DNA of 63,893 bases, filler included, from Octopus bimaculoides (Eukaryota), in assembly GCF_001194135.2 (NCBI RefSeq). It is 7 parts of 6 records of this genome, joined end to end, with 100 filler letters (N's around TTAATTAATTAA, not from the genome) between each part and the next. Parts side by side here need not be neighbours in the genome. Positions count along the whole stretch, not along the records: positions 34,904 to 42,958 come from NC_068993.1; positions 43,059 to 62,756 come from NC_068982.1; 5 more parts are not named here. One strand, written 5' to 3'. The notes beneath the pieces are model-generated. The model was not told the origin of the DNA. It did not search any database and saw only the letters and a list, made by a program, of their open reading frames with translations. The position numbers and the translations under genes are program-made. This document shows positions 35,393 through 47,444 of this stretch, piece after piece. How positions within the stretch are numbered: the first letter of the stretch is position 1; each line of letters opens with the position of its first letter.

Positions 35393-36304
35393 ATTCGCGC
35401 ATGAGTTAATTGCAGTTTACTTGAAAGCGTGCAGTTTTTTAATCAGTCATCATCGTTCAACTTTTATGCAATTTTACGGCCTCATATTCTGGATGCATTT
35501 GTATTGGCGAGTGTCGCTGCCGATTTAATAAATGGAAAATTTGTTCCATACGTTAAATACATTAGAGACACATCATCAATTGAAAATATATAAACTATAT
35601 AAACCAAAGAATAAAATGTATTTAATGAATCAAATGCCAGCTAACAATAAAAGTTGAAAGCATAATGAAAAACCTCACAATACATAACACAATATTCATT
35701 GTTCTGAGCCATAAACAAATGCTAATAATATATGACAAAAGCACTCAAATTTAAAACTCGTATCAATAGCAAACCTAATCTGTCTTTTAAGCTCTTATGT
35801 AAATCTTTCTGTACACACTGTGAAGTCGAACTTGAAACTTCTTATTTGCCTAGGTTTCGGCTCCACATAGAAGAATGCCATCTGGTCGTGCCCTGAAGAA
35901 GGTCAGGCATGTTTACTGAAATATTCGATTGCTAAACGTTGTGAAGCTTGTCGCAAGTACTCTAGGCTGATAGGGTCTCTTGTATGTATCAGGAAGTCTT
36001 TCTTACTGTCAGCAATTTAGAATCCAAGACGCATGAAGTCACTGACCACTCGAGTTATATGCCATTGTTGGAACCAATCAACAGGCTTCTCATGAAGGAC
36101 TCAAAGCTCGTTTTGGTATGGGAAGTAGACCTAACAGATTAATGGACACATTGTCCACTTTCTCATAATGTTGTCCTGCACAGGGTAGGCTTTGCTGCCC
36201 ACGGCAATCCTTCTGAACACCAAGTCATATTAAATGTCATATATTGAAGTCTTCCACATTCTAATAGAAGACGAAGTCTACTTAACTATATTGATGTTGC
36301 AAGC

Positions 36305-36371
<67 letters not shown>

Positions 36372-36449
36372 TACACGCACGCACGTACGCAAGCACACAA
36401 TATATGCATGTATGTATGTATGTATNNNNNNNNNNNNNNNNNNNNNNNN

Positions 36450-36496
<47 letters not shown>

Positions 36497-36689
36497 CATG
36501 TGTGTGTGTACATGTATATGTGTATATATATATCGATAGATGTGTATGCATATATATGCGTGTGTGAATGTGTGTGCTTGTGTGCGCGCATGTCTGTATG
36601 TGTGTACATGTATATGTGTGTATATATATAGATGTGTATGTATATATGTATGCATATATACCCATGTGTATGAGTGTGTGTGTGTGTGT

Positions 36690-36720
<31 letters not shown>

Positions 36721-36776
36721 CGTGCGTGCATCACATATAACAAAACGCATTTGTTGTTTGCGGTCAGGTCTTGTAG

Positions 36777-36863
36777 AGGAACAGCGAAAGCACAGATGAA
36801 GAGAGAAAGAGTGACACAGTCCAGGACGTTAAATCCAAGAAAGGGAAAGTGAAAAAATTGTAA
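36777..36863 (+). CDS. Candidate terminal exon (RNSESTDEERKSDTVQDVKSKKGKVKKL*)
   Basis: Acceptor GTTTGCGGTCAGGTCTTGTAG; protein-like acidic-then-basic tail; TAA at 36861-36863. Confidence 0.3.
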   Translation, partial: RNSESTDEERKSDTVQDVKSKKGKVKKL

Positions 36864-36905
36864 TTTCTGTAGCTGGAGTAGCAAACATTTATATCAAAAT
36901 GGAAC

Positions 36906-37100
36906 TGTTTCTGTTGCACCTGTAATTCAAAGGGCCAGCCTTGTCACACTGTGTCACGTTGAATATCCCCGAGAATTACATTAAGGGTACATGTGTCTGT
37001 GGAGTGCTCAGCCATTTGCACGTTAATTTCACGAGCAGGCTGTTCCGTTGATTGGATCAACTGGAACCCTCGACGTCGTAAGCGACGGAGTGCCAACAAC
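36906..37100 (+). mobile_element. SINE family A tail only (5'-truncated)
   Basis: Matches the tail of 21640-22025 and ends GTGCCAACAAC. Confidence 0.85.
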
Positions 37101-37104
37101 ATTG

Positions 37105-37368
37105 ATAACTGCATTGTCTCTTTCCAGGTAAGCTGACGTCTCACTGCTCAAAGAGCGCTTCGAAAGTAACCAGTAGTGACTTCTCTTGAAAATGGACAAA
37201 ATTTAGCACCGTGATATTATCAAGGACGTACAGAAAATGGGGTTAACTCCCGCAGACATTCATGCTGGTATGGTTATTACATTAGGGGACGGCATTCCAG
37301 CTTTATCAACAGTAGAAAAGTGGGCAGCTAAATTTACGAGAGAAAGGGAGTATCTTGAAGAGGATTTT
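37105..37368 (+). mobile_element. Mariner transposon 5' fragment
   Basis: MDKI*HRDIIKDVQKMGLTPADIHAGMVITLGDGIPALSTVEKWAAKF..LEED resembles a mariner N-terminal HTH region. Confidence 0.75.
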
Positions 37369-37704
37369 ACTACGTATGTATATAGTAAAATTAATGAAAC
37401 TAAGAAAATTCAAACACAGTCGAACTTAAAAACGTATGTATATGCAAAACTTTATTTGTTTCACACACGAAGGGAAGTGCTCAATACACATTGTAGAGTA
37501 TAGTTTATTGTCTGTAGCTGTTATATCCCGTGTCCCGCCATCATGTTTCATATCTTGCTACATGTACCTGTACGAACGTACACACGCGCGCGCGCGCGCA
37601 TACACATACACGTACGTACAGACATACATGCACATGCAAACATGAACATATACACACATACATACACATAAATGTAAGGAGAGAGAGAGAGAGAGAGTGA
37701 GTGA

Positions 37705-37751
<47 letters not shown>

Positions 37752-38450
37752 TCATTGTTTGCTGCAACTCCAACTAAGAAGTAGATAGAGGATATGACGT
37801 ATTGCAGCAGAGTAAATAATATATCTTTTATCATAAAACAGAAGCGAATCTCCGTCTGTGTGTCCATCACAACATCTATTAAAAGCGGAGAAAGAAAGGG
37901 CTGAATCAGAATATGTCGCAATGTATTTTTAGAAGGGGAGGAGAAAAANNNNNNNNNNNNNNNNNNNNNNNNNNNNNNNNNNNNNNNNNNNNNNNNNNNN
38001 NNNNNNNNNNNNNNNNNNNNNNNNNNNNNNNNNNNNNNNNNNNNNNNNNNNNNNNNNNNNNNNNNNNNNNNNNNNNNNNNNNNNNNNNNNNNNNNNNNNN
38101 NNNNNNNNNNNNNNNNNNNNNNNNNNNNNNNNNNNNNNNNNNNNNNNNNNNNNNNNNNNNNNNNNNNNNNNNNNNNNNNNNNNNNNNNNNNNNNNNNNNN
38201 NNNNNNNNNNNNNNNNNNNNNNNNNNNNNNNNNNNNNNNNNNNNNNNNNNNNNNNNNNNNNNNNNNNNNNNNNNNNNNNNNNNNNNNNNNNNNNNNNNNN
38301 NNNNNNNNNNNNNNNNNNNNNNNNNNNNNNNNNNNNNNNNNNNNNNNNNNNNNNNNNNNNNNNNNNNNNNNNNNNNNNNNNNNAGAGAGAGAGAAAGAGA
38401 GAGAGAGAGAAAGAGAGAGAGAGCGAGAGAGAGAGCGAGAGAGAGAGAGC

Positions 38451-38526
<76 letters not shown>

Positions 38527-40162
38527 TAGATAGGTTTTCACCATAGTAACTAACAAGACTTTCATATATAACAATCTACTATTGAAAGATTGTACGTGCA
38601 TGATTAAATATTTTTACCGCCAGCGTATCGACGGATAAACACCTAGTTTTAATGGATTATAGAATAACTGTACACTCGTTTAATGGATCTTCAAGAAGTA
38701 TAATAAATGAGGTTGGGTCGTCCAATAAATTTTTGTGCCAGTCAATCAGTGAAAGTAATTGATACAAATCATGAAAGTAGCAACATCAGTAGCTAAACTT
38801 TACTTCAAACTTTCAATCTACTCTATAAATACATTAAAATCTTTAATAGATAAAAACGCAGCAAAATTTTAACTGTACCATTTTAAATATTCAAAGAAAC
38901 TTTCTTTCAACATGCTCAAACCAACAAACCTACAGCAAATTTACTGACCAGAACTGCAACAAAATATTAATAAGATATGCCAACAGGTGTCAAATAGCAT
39001 AGGAATTTGTATTATATATAAATTTGAAGTTACGATCCCAAATTTTTCATTTATATTGGCTTGAGTTCTATCCCATTAAAATTTTGGTACAATCCACACA
39101 CATATGCCTTAAGGGAGGCACAGCGTATTAAAGCTATCTCCCTTTCATAATGTATATTGCAAACAAAGAATAATGTATAGTTTAAATTGTAAGGAAAATC
39201 ATAGCGCAAGCAAAGTCCCATAAAATAGGATGTTCTAGGACAATTTTCAGCATTCCGTGAAAGAAAAAATTAGTGAACATTTTAATTATCATCTAAAATT
39301 TTTTAATCTTTCTTTTTATCTCTCACTTTTACATTTATTTTTCATCTTTTACTAACTTTATTGCCCTTTTATATACGTTTACCCGTATTTTCAACAGCAT
39401 ATAAATAATCACATTAACTTGAGCACGATTCACAACACTTCCGACTCCAGCTCGCGTTTTGTGCAGATTATAAAACATTTCCAAAATTTTAAATTCTCAA
39501 ATACTTCTTCATGTAAATTACTACATTGAAATATTCACCGATGTTAGCTTTTAAGCTTCAAAAATTTAAAACTTTGGATTTGATTCTTATACCTTTTGAA
39601 TTCCAAATTTTTAATTTAAATTTGAATTTATATTTAATCTTATCAATATTGTAATAAGTTTACATTTTTAAACATTCTTATTATATGTTTTAATCACTTT
39701 TCAGCCAAAAATGAATATCACCTAAATTAACTTCCAACGGAAAGGACTATATATCTCCAATTGATCATAGTCTGTTTAAAAAAAACTCCATCTCCAAAAC
39801 TACATTCAAAGGAGATAATGTATCCCCGACTACATGCGACATTAACAAAGAGAATTTGGAACCTGTTTCTATAAAGCCTACATCTCAAACACGCGTATAT
39901 TCTAGTGTATGAAAAGTATCATAAAATATAATGGCTATAAATCAAAGTATAAATTTTCTTTATTGCTTACTAAATAATACATCAAACCACATGTAACCCT
40001 TCTATTATTATTTTTCTTTTATTATTTAACAGAAAGGCAGGTGAATATCGCCAAGCTTTACTGCGCTTCTTTCATTGCCTTGAGAGTTCTCAGTCGTGTG
40101 AAGCTATTAGACATCCGTTGCACTCAACAATGCACACATATTCACACACACACATGCATGCA

Positions 40163-40199
<37 letters not shown>

Positions 40200-40344
40200 A
40201 ATGAACTCTCCCGTCGAGGATGACGTATGAGTTTTCAGGTTTCGCTGAACGACTTGCACAGATTGATTATTCGTTTATAGCCATCAAATATCTGTGCAGT
40301 ACATTCGCTCACCCCCCCCCCACTCCGTTCAAATCAACATTTCC

Positions 40345-40503
40345 TATTCAGCTGTTCAAGAGCACAACTTGTCAAATGTCGAAATGATCGCAGAACAACG
40401 TAAAATGACGTGTTTTGCTCAAGAACACAACACACCGCACGGTCCGGAAATCGAACTCACTATCTAGCGTTCGTGAGTGCAACACCGATACCACCGAGCA
40501 ACG
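40345..40503 (-). mobile_element. tRNA-derived SINE family D, head and central part
   Basis: Reverse complement has the B box GAGTTCGATTTCCGG, then GTGTTGTGTTCTTGAGCAAAACAC (CORE/V-like). Confidence 0.55.
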
Positions 40504-40534
40504 TATTTTAATATTTTCATCATCATCATCATTG

Positions 40535-40623
<89 letters not shown>

Positions 40624-40880
40624 GAGTGAGAGAGCGGTGCATACCATCAAAGTGACACTGGGGTAAAATATACGAAGCCCATTATACCCATCATGACTAC
40701 CCGTCTTATAAGGGTACACCAGGCACATGCATCACAACCATATGTGCGCGACATGGTGATCTCATATCAAAATAAACAGCGCATGACCTCGCAGGTGGGG
40801 CCCCAGTTAGAATTTTCTTCAGGTCGAGTAGCCCGTCCCGCTCAAAAGGTCCTTGAATAAGGTTTGTTTAAGGATGTTGA
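40624..40880 (-). mobile_element. ~550-bp (TAA)n-flanked element, 5'-truncated
   Basis: Starts at a long (TTA)n tract (40540-40623) and matches 13909-14160. Confidence 0.85.
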
Positions 40881-40882
40881 GC

Positions 40883-40938
40883 AACTGACGGAAATGTAAA
40901 CACACCAACACCGGTTGTCAAGCGGTGGTTTGGAAAAT

Positions 40939-40969
<31 letters not shown>

Positions 40970-41149
40970 TATGTATGTATATATACGACAGGCTTCTTTC
41001 AGTTTTTGTCTACCAAATTCACCCACAAGGTTTGGTCGGCCTGAGAGTACAATAGAAGACACTTGCCCAAGGTGCCACATAGTGGGACTGAATCCGGAAC
41101 TATGTATGTGGTTGGGAAGCAAATTTCTTACTACACAGTCACACCTGCA
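40883..41149 (-). mobile_element. SINE family C with internal (CA)n, 3'-truncated
   Basis: Head at 41149; GGCACCTTGGGCAAGTGTC block; abuts the preceding element. Confidence 0.85.
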
Positions 41150-41821
41150 CTTGAAATACAATTTTTTTTTTTATTCGTAACGAGCTAGATATTATCATTG
41201 CTGCGAACGGCAGAAAAGGTTTTTACATCAGAATAATGGTTCAAAAATTGCGGAGACAGGGGCACTAGTGAATTATCTAGCACACATGACAAATATATGT
41301 CTCATTGCAACTATTTCGTTTAGCTGTATCGTAGCAGACACAGTCATCGTCGTAGCCGTCATCATGGCCATCATCAATTTGCCTTGATGCTTGGGCTAAG
41401 CGCGTGCCTGCTGACTAGTGGCTAAAAAGCGTAAAATATAAAGCTGATGTCATCAGAAAAAAAGCGTGCCAAAGATGAAATTGTTTAATGAGACGTTATG
41501 AATGAGTGACCGCGTTTCTGTCGTTCTTTTTGATTCGGGTACAGTAATTCAGGTTAAATTCCTTGGAGTTCTGGGGCTCTCAACTATTGTTGCTACACGC
41601 TAAAACTTGCTAAATATGTAGCTGGTGTCCTTATCAGAAAAACTCACGACAAAGACTAAATTCTTTAATGAGATCTCGTTTCACGGAGATATCTGAGTGG
41701 TCAGTTTTGTACTGACGTCATCACTAATTGAGGATATTGCGTTCGTGCCTGTTCAGTTGATTTTGCATCGGACACAGTAATCCGGGTTCGATTTCCGGGT
41801 GTTTTGGGCTATCAGATATTC

Positions 41822-41925
<104 letters not shown>

Positions 41926-41959
41926 AGGCGCGCTGCCGCTCCTGCTTCCGAGGCATTGG

Positions 41960-42035
41960 TTAGCCACGCAGTGGAACTGAACCCAAAAACCATGTGGCTG
42001 CAAAGTGAGTAACTTAACTCCACAGCCATAACTGC
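41960..42035 (-). mobile_element. SINE family C head fragment
   Basis: CCACGCAGTGGAACTGAACCC..CCATGTGG and CACAGCCA blocks. Confidence 0.65.
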
Positions 42036-42188
42036 GACTAAAGTGTGTGCGTGTGTGCGTGCGCGCGTGTACGGATAGATAGATAGATAGATAGATAGAT
42101 AAATGCTTGTGCGTGACTATGCACGCTGGTGCGCGTGTGCAACACTGACAGCGAATGTCGTGACGGCATAGGAAACTTGTTGAGTGTG

Positions 42189-42356
42189 ATGATGGCGGAG
42201 GTAACGAAGTCCTTGCTTAATGTTCTTTTTTCACTAGATGCTTGGGGTACTCTTGCAGCTGCAATATCTGTTTATGTTGTTTTGTTTGGCCAATATATAC
42301 TTTTTTTCTTGCTAGTTACTGTGCCATATTATGTCTACAGAAGAAAGTACCAATGA
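42189..42356 (+). CDS. Candidate 55-aa single-pass membrane micropeptide, or first coding exon MMAE
   Basis: ATGATGGCGG start context; ~30-aa hydrophobic run followed by RRK; also a donor-like GAG|GTAACG after codon 4. Confidence 0.25.
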   Translation: MMAEVTKSLLNVLFSLDAWGTLAAAISVYVVLFGQYILFFLLVTVPYYVYRRKYQ

Positions 42357-42910
42357 GCTCTGCTGCCAGTCTGTGATGGCGGTGGCTGGTGGTGGCCAAT
42401 TGTGTAGTTTATGATGGTGTTGGTAATGTATTAAATGTTGAAGTTTGCGGCACGGTATGGCCTACATGCTTATTGTTGCGACTGTCGCACCAGTATATGT
42501 ATTTATGTGTTCTTGCGAGTGTGTGTGTATGTGTGTGTGTGTGTGTGTGTGTGTCTGACACAAGGATGGAAGTAGGCGTGGCCCAAGGGAATTGATACAT
42601 ACATACGCATATATATGGATGTGTATATATATATATACATGTCTATAGATATACAGAGATATCCAGCTATAGCCTTGCATCTTTCACCCTTTATACACAC
42701 ACACACACACACACACATATAATTTTGGGACTGCCATGTTGGCTTGGCGATAACTATTAATTTCCAGTACCGCTGCCGTAGTCTCCTTTAGAGAGACTTA
42801 GAAATATTAATAACTCTATTTCTGAAAACCAGTGGATAGATTCCACTGAAATTAGATAAATAACTTTCGAACAGATAGTCAGCAGCGCCGCCTGGCTAGG
42901 GCTTGGCTGC

Positions 42911-42952
42911 TCTGCATTGACAAGGGGCAACACCCTGAAACTAGTCTGCAGA
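42911..42952 (+). ncRNA. Degenerate (probably inactive) type I hammerhead
   Basis: TCTGCA-TTGACAA-GGGG caaca CCCT-GAAA-C-TA-G-TC-TGCAGA: stems I-III pair, but the core differs from CTGANGA at two positions. Confidence 0.5.
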
Positions 42953-43002
42953 TGCCAANNNNNNNNNNNNNNNNNNNNNNNNNNNNNNNNNNNNNNNNNN
43001 NN

Positions 43003-43014
43003 TTAATTAATTAA
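43003..43014. other. Artificial gap linker TTAATTAATTAA
   Basis: 44 N on each side. Confidence 0.95.
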
Positions 43015-43399
43015 NNNNNNNNNNNNNNNNNNNNNNNNNNNNNNNNNNNNNNNNNNNNGAATTCTTCAGGTGTGTGTGGGGGGGGGGAGAGGGGTCAAGG
43101 CTTTCTACATTTTATAAAGTATCCCTCATTTCAAAACACTCACAGACAGACATTCTTTAAAATAAAACTTTAATTTTTTTTTTCACACGTCTAGCCATCC
43201 CCTCATTGTATACTGGCAACTACTATTTTTGCATGTTTGTTATTTTTTGTCATGTTCACATACTGAAACACTTGTAACCCATAGTTTTATAGAAAAACAA
43301 TTGAAAAGCTATTCTGCATAAATTGGAACTTCAATGGTTGTTTCTTTTGGGGATTGTAACCATGAAAATTAAAATGAAGAGGTGGGAGTACAAAAAATT

Positions 43400-44793
43400 T
43401 TCTTTAAAAATGCCTATCACAAATTTAGCTCACAGTTAGATGAGTTCCCTTTGCCAAGCAATAAAAGTGTGTTTCTTGCTTATATTTGCTTTGTCAAAGT
43501 TTAACGTTTGGTTCAAAAGCTATTCTTTATAAAATAACTAGAAACAGATACAAAAGAGGAGTTGGTGTTTCATGTTTGTGCTGTAGGTGGGACACCATCG
43601 ATGGTAAGTTGTCATCGTTGCTTCATCAGTTTACTGAAAAAGTTATACCTAGTGTAATTAGGCTATTCGCAACACATCTCATTGCAAATAACATAAGCAC
43701 TAGGCTTAACAAATTGATGAGTAATTGTTATCACAGCAGTAAATAAAGTCAACATATACTCTCAATTCCCCTCCTTCAACAGCTTTGCATTGAGAAGGAT
43801 GAAGATTTTGCATGATTCCTTTTTTTTTTGCTACACTAGAGATTCAATGGCTCTCAAAGGGAAAACACCTAAAAGTTTCTATTCCATTTTTAAGACAGTT
43901 GTGGAATTCTGACAAGAATTTAATTTCCTTCTTTGTGATTCAAGCATGACAATGCTTATATGACAGACATATTCACAAACGCCAATGAAGTTAATTTGCA
44001 ACTGCAAAAAATGAGGTTAAACCTTATCAAAGTAAAATTAACCCTCTTCACACCCCTGCCGAAGGTACAGCTATTCAAATGTAACATAAGCCGTCACAAA
44101 GTTTTCCAGTATCTGAGCCTCTCTAAATTGAGAAGGAAAAATGCATACCAAAAGATGACATTCAGGTGTATTGTTCACACCTGGATGACCTGCATAGAGA
44201 CATGTCTGATTTCAGGATATTTATTTTTGCTTAAAATACCAGTCTGGTGACACCAAGATATCAGTAATGAGGAAAGAAGAGTGGCAGAGGTAGAACTGTT
44301 TCACTTTAAAATGATATTGAGTTGAGGCTAAAGTGAAAAATTACATCAGGATTTTTGATTTCAAAAGACGTTTCTGTGGAACAAAGTCAAGATATACTTA
44401 ATTGCCTTTCCAACATCATATTTTGTAGAGCAGCGCTCTGTGTTGTTGTCCAGATTCTTTCTAAGCAAAGAAACAGAATGAAAATTACTGAACTTGGGGA
44501 TGTAAGACAACTTTTTAGCTGAGTGTCAAGAAGCTGATATCCTTGCACAAAGTACACCCAACACATTAAAAATATGAAAGCAACTTTATTACAGGTGGGA
44601 TGTAAATTTACTCTTTCATACTTTAAAAACAGCAAAATAATGGGTTAATTAGGTTGTTAAGTTTTATTTGTGAAATACGGTTGTTTTGAATTTGCAGTAT
44701 AAAGAGGTCTAAATTTGTGGGTAGGAGAAAGTCACTAGGAATGTGGCCTAGGAGTCAAGTGAACGGGAGTCTGAAAAAGTTTGGGAACCACTG
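43400..44793 (+). mobile_element. hAT (Buster/SPIN-like) transposon, decayed 3' part
   Basis: Broken frames LDEFPLP, EIQWLSKGK and TDIFTNANEVNLQLQK; right TIR GTTTGGGAACCACTG ends at 44793. Confidence 0.75.
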
Positions 44794-44939
44794 CAATAAA
44801 CTGTTATTGTTCTTTATTGCACACTGTCCACTATTTGTTCCCTACACACTGCTGGGAGCTTACAAAATTTCTACATTCAGATTCTTGGATCTTAACCTTA
44901 TAAATTAAAATTTTGTTCCAGTCACTGCAAATACTAACA

Positions 44940-46152
44940 GTGTGGAAGTCTTGGGAATGGAAAAATGAAGCTAAATTTGTCAATTAAGGATTTCCCCTTA
45001 ACGAATAAAACAGTATATATGAATCTTATGATTCCCAGCACTAATGAAATGTTTTGCCATATGAGGTGGAAGGCCTTCTTTATCAACAACTGTTCTACCA
45101 ATCCTAAGAACCAGAATCATCAACCTTCTTCAATGAATTTAGGTCTCATAAAAAATCCCTTCTCCTAATATTAATCTAAATAAATTTGTAAAGGATTTAA
45201 CCAATTTGATCAAGAATATAAAGTTTAAACCCAAGAACAGATGAAAATTAATGACCTGACCAAAAAACTTAAGAAGTATCTACACAGTGGTAACTTATAT
45301 AGTGTACCACTGAATACCTACTGGAAACTGATCCTCAGTCTACATAAGAACTACAAAATAATGCTAACTCTACCCTAAAGGAAATTAACCAGAAGATGCA
45401 GGATTTAGCGCTTGATCATGGTTTGAAAGATAGGACTGAACTTTCAAACCCAGGCCACCTCCTATCAACTTAAAAGACTTCAAAGAAAATCTTGTTGCAA
45501 ACCCTTCTGTTTGCCTCATCTACCCACCTCCCCAGATCTGATGTAGGTAGAATTTGCAAGGTTGTTTTAGATAGAGTATTATCTCACCTTCGTTCTAACA
45601 CCCAATATAAATTCATTCAAGTGGATATAGATCAGTCCTGATCTAGTGTCTCACCTATTCTACTTAATAAGGCCCTCATCTTCACACTTAAGTATTCTGA
45701 CCTAACAAGGGGAGATGTGGGTATTATCTTAGCAGCCCATCAGGCAGTTATCAAGTCTGATGGAAAACTTTGGGCCCACAAGGACACCCCCGATTATTTT
45801 GACATCCCAAAGGAAGCTAGCCACTCAGCCCAGTGACTTTATAGGTTATTTACTCCACTGTTTTTGAGACCACTTTCCCAATATTTCTGGTGGTCTTTAT
45901 TGGGATGAGGCTCTGTTTGTGGTCCCGAGTTGTAGTAACTGAGAAGTCAAACAACTTTGTAAAAGAATTAGATCCTTCTTAGCGTCTCATTTTGCTACAG
46001 TCTTAAAACTGTGAACTTCTTCAATGTCACCATAGATCTATAAAACAACACTGTCTATCCTTACCACAAACTGGGTAAGAACCTCATGTCTTAAAGGATT
46101 TCATCTCTGTCCACTAATATGGAAATATTTGAGCAATACACCAAATATTATA
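44940..46152 (+). mobile_element. Penelope-like element, 5' part (decayed)
   Basis: LSIKDFPL..IPSTNEMFCHMRWKAFF leader and RT-like remnants, including RISSLSTNMEIFEQ just before the mariner. Confidence 0.7.
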
Positions 46153-47444
46153 TTTGGTCATCCCATAAATAATGAGGATTTTTTTATACTTCTTTTATTC
46201 TTCAAAATTAAGACAAGCAAAGTTCTTTTCTAATCTAAAATATAATCTTTATTTTCTACAATGCTCTTCCATCTATCTGGTAGACTTGCAAGGCCTCTCT
46301 TCTAAAATTCACTTGTCCGTGATGAAAAATACTCCTCCAGTACTGTTCTGACCTTGTCTACAGAAGTCATATTTTTTCCATCCAAATGATTTTGAAGACT
46401 GCAGAATAAATGATAATCAGATGGGGCAATGTCCAGCGAATATGGTGGGTGGGGCATCATTTCCCATTCAAATTGCTCCAGCCATTGGAATGTCATCCTC
46501 ACTGTATGTGGCCGAGCATTATCCTAAGGGAAGAACACCTTTCATCATGAAACCAAAGATATTCGTTTTTCTTCTTGCGCTGACTTAGGCCACTCAAGCT
46601 GCTTGCAGTAGATCTCCTTTGTTATCATTTGGTTTGGGTTTAAAAGTTCAAAGTGGACTAAATCTTTCATAACCCAACAAAACAGATAACAACACCTTAT
46701 GTGGGTGAAGACCTTCTTTAACCTGGGGTGGTGGTGTTTCTCCTTTCCCTACCCACTGTCTTTGGCACTTGACATTTTTATAGAGAACCCAATTCTCGTC
46801 ACCAGTCACTATTTGGTCCAAAAAAGGTTAATTCGTGAGACGTGACAGCAAAGAAGAGCACACATTCACTCTCTGCACATGATTAGACTTGGAAAGTTTG
46901 TGAGAGGAACCTATTGACCCAATTTGCTGGCTTTTCCAATGGCATGCAGGTGTTGATGAATGGTTGAATAACCAAATCCAAGCTTCTCTGCTAGTTTCTA
47001 AACAATTATGATGGGATTTTGTTCCACCAGGGTTTGAAGGATGTCCTTGTCGAGCTCTACAGATCTTCCAGGATGAGGCTCATCTTCTAGGCTGTAGTTT
47101 CCGGCTTGGAATTTCTGGAAACACCATTGACACTGGCTTATGCTTATTGTCCAATCCCCATATACTGCATTAATATTCTTCACACTTTCTGCTGCATTGT
47201 TACCTTTATTCAACTCATAAAGCAAAATATGCCGAATATACTCCTCTGTCACTTCCATTATTGCTTTGAAAAAAAAAGAACCATTAAAATCGAACTGCAC
47301 TCTTCAAAACTTGCACTAAGAATAAGTACCAGGTAAAATTACTACCTGCTTTTATAGTAAGTTGATGCAGGTAGTTTATCCTGTCCCCCTCCAACTTTTA
47401 GTTTATGCAATTGAAAAGGCCGCAATATTTATAGGATGACCCAA
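46153..47444 (-). mobile_element. Full-length decayed mariner (1292 bp) with TA TSD
   Basis: TIRs TT(T/G)GGTCATCC(C/T)ATAAATA; TA at 46151-52 and 47445-46; motifs IVTGDENWVLY, HPHKVLLSV, DNARPH, HPPYSLDIAPSDYHLF; stops and frameshifts. Confidence 0.92.

Noticed and set aside
35845-35935. Hammerhead-like motifs on both strands (GAAACCTAGGCA; CTGAAGA..GAAA)
   Set aside because: Core substitutions and no stem I pairing; at best an old fossil.
35950-36300. Possible decayed GIY-YIG or PLE remnant
   Set aside because: Similarity is too weak to support by eye; needs an HMM search.
38600-39320. Possible old Penelope remnant (IGCSRTIF..ISEHF-like words)
   Set aside because: Only scattered short matches across broken frames in very AT-rich DNA.
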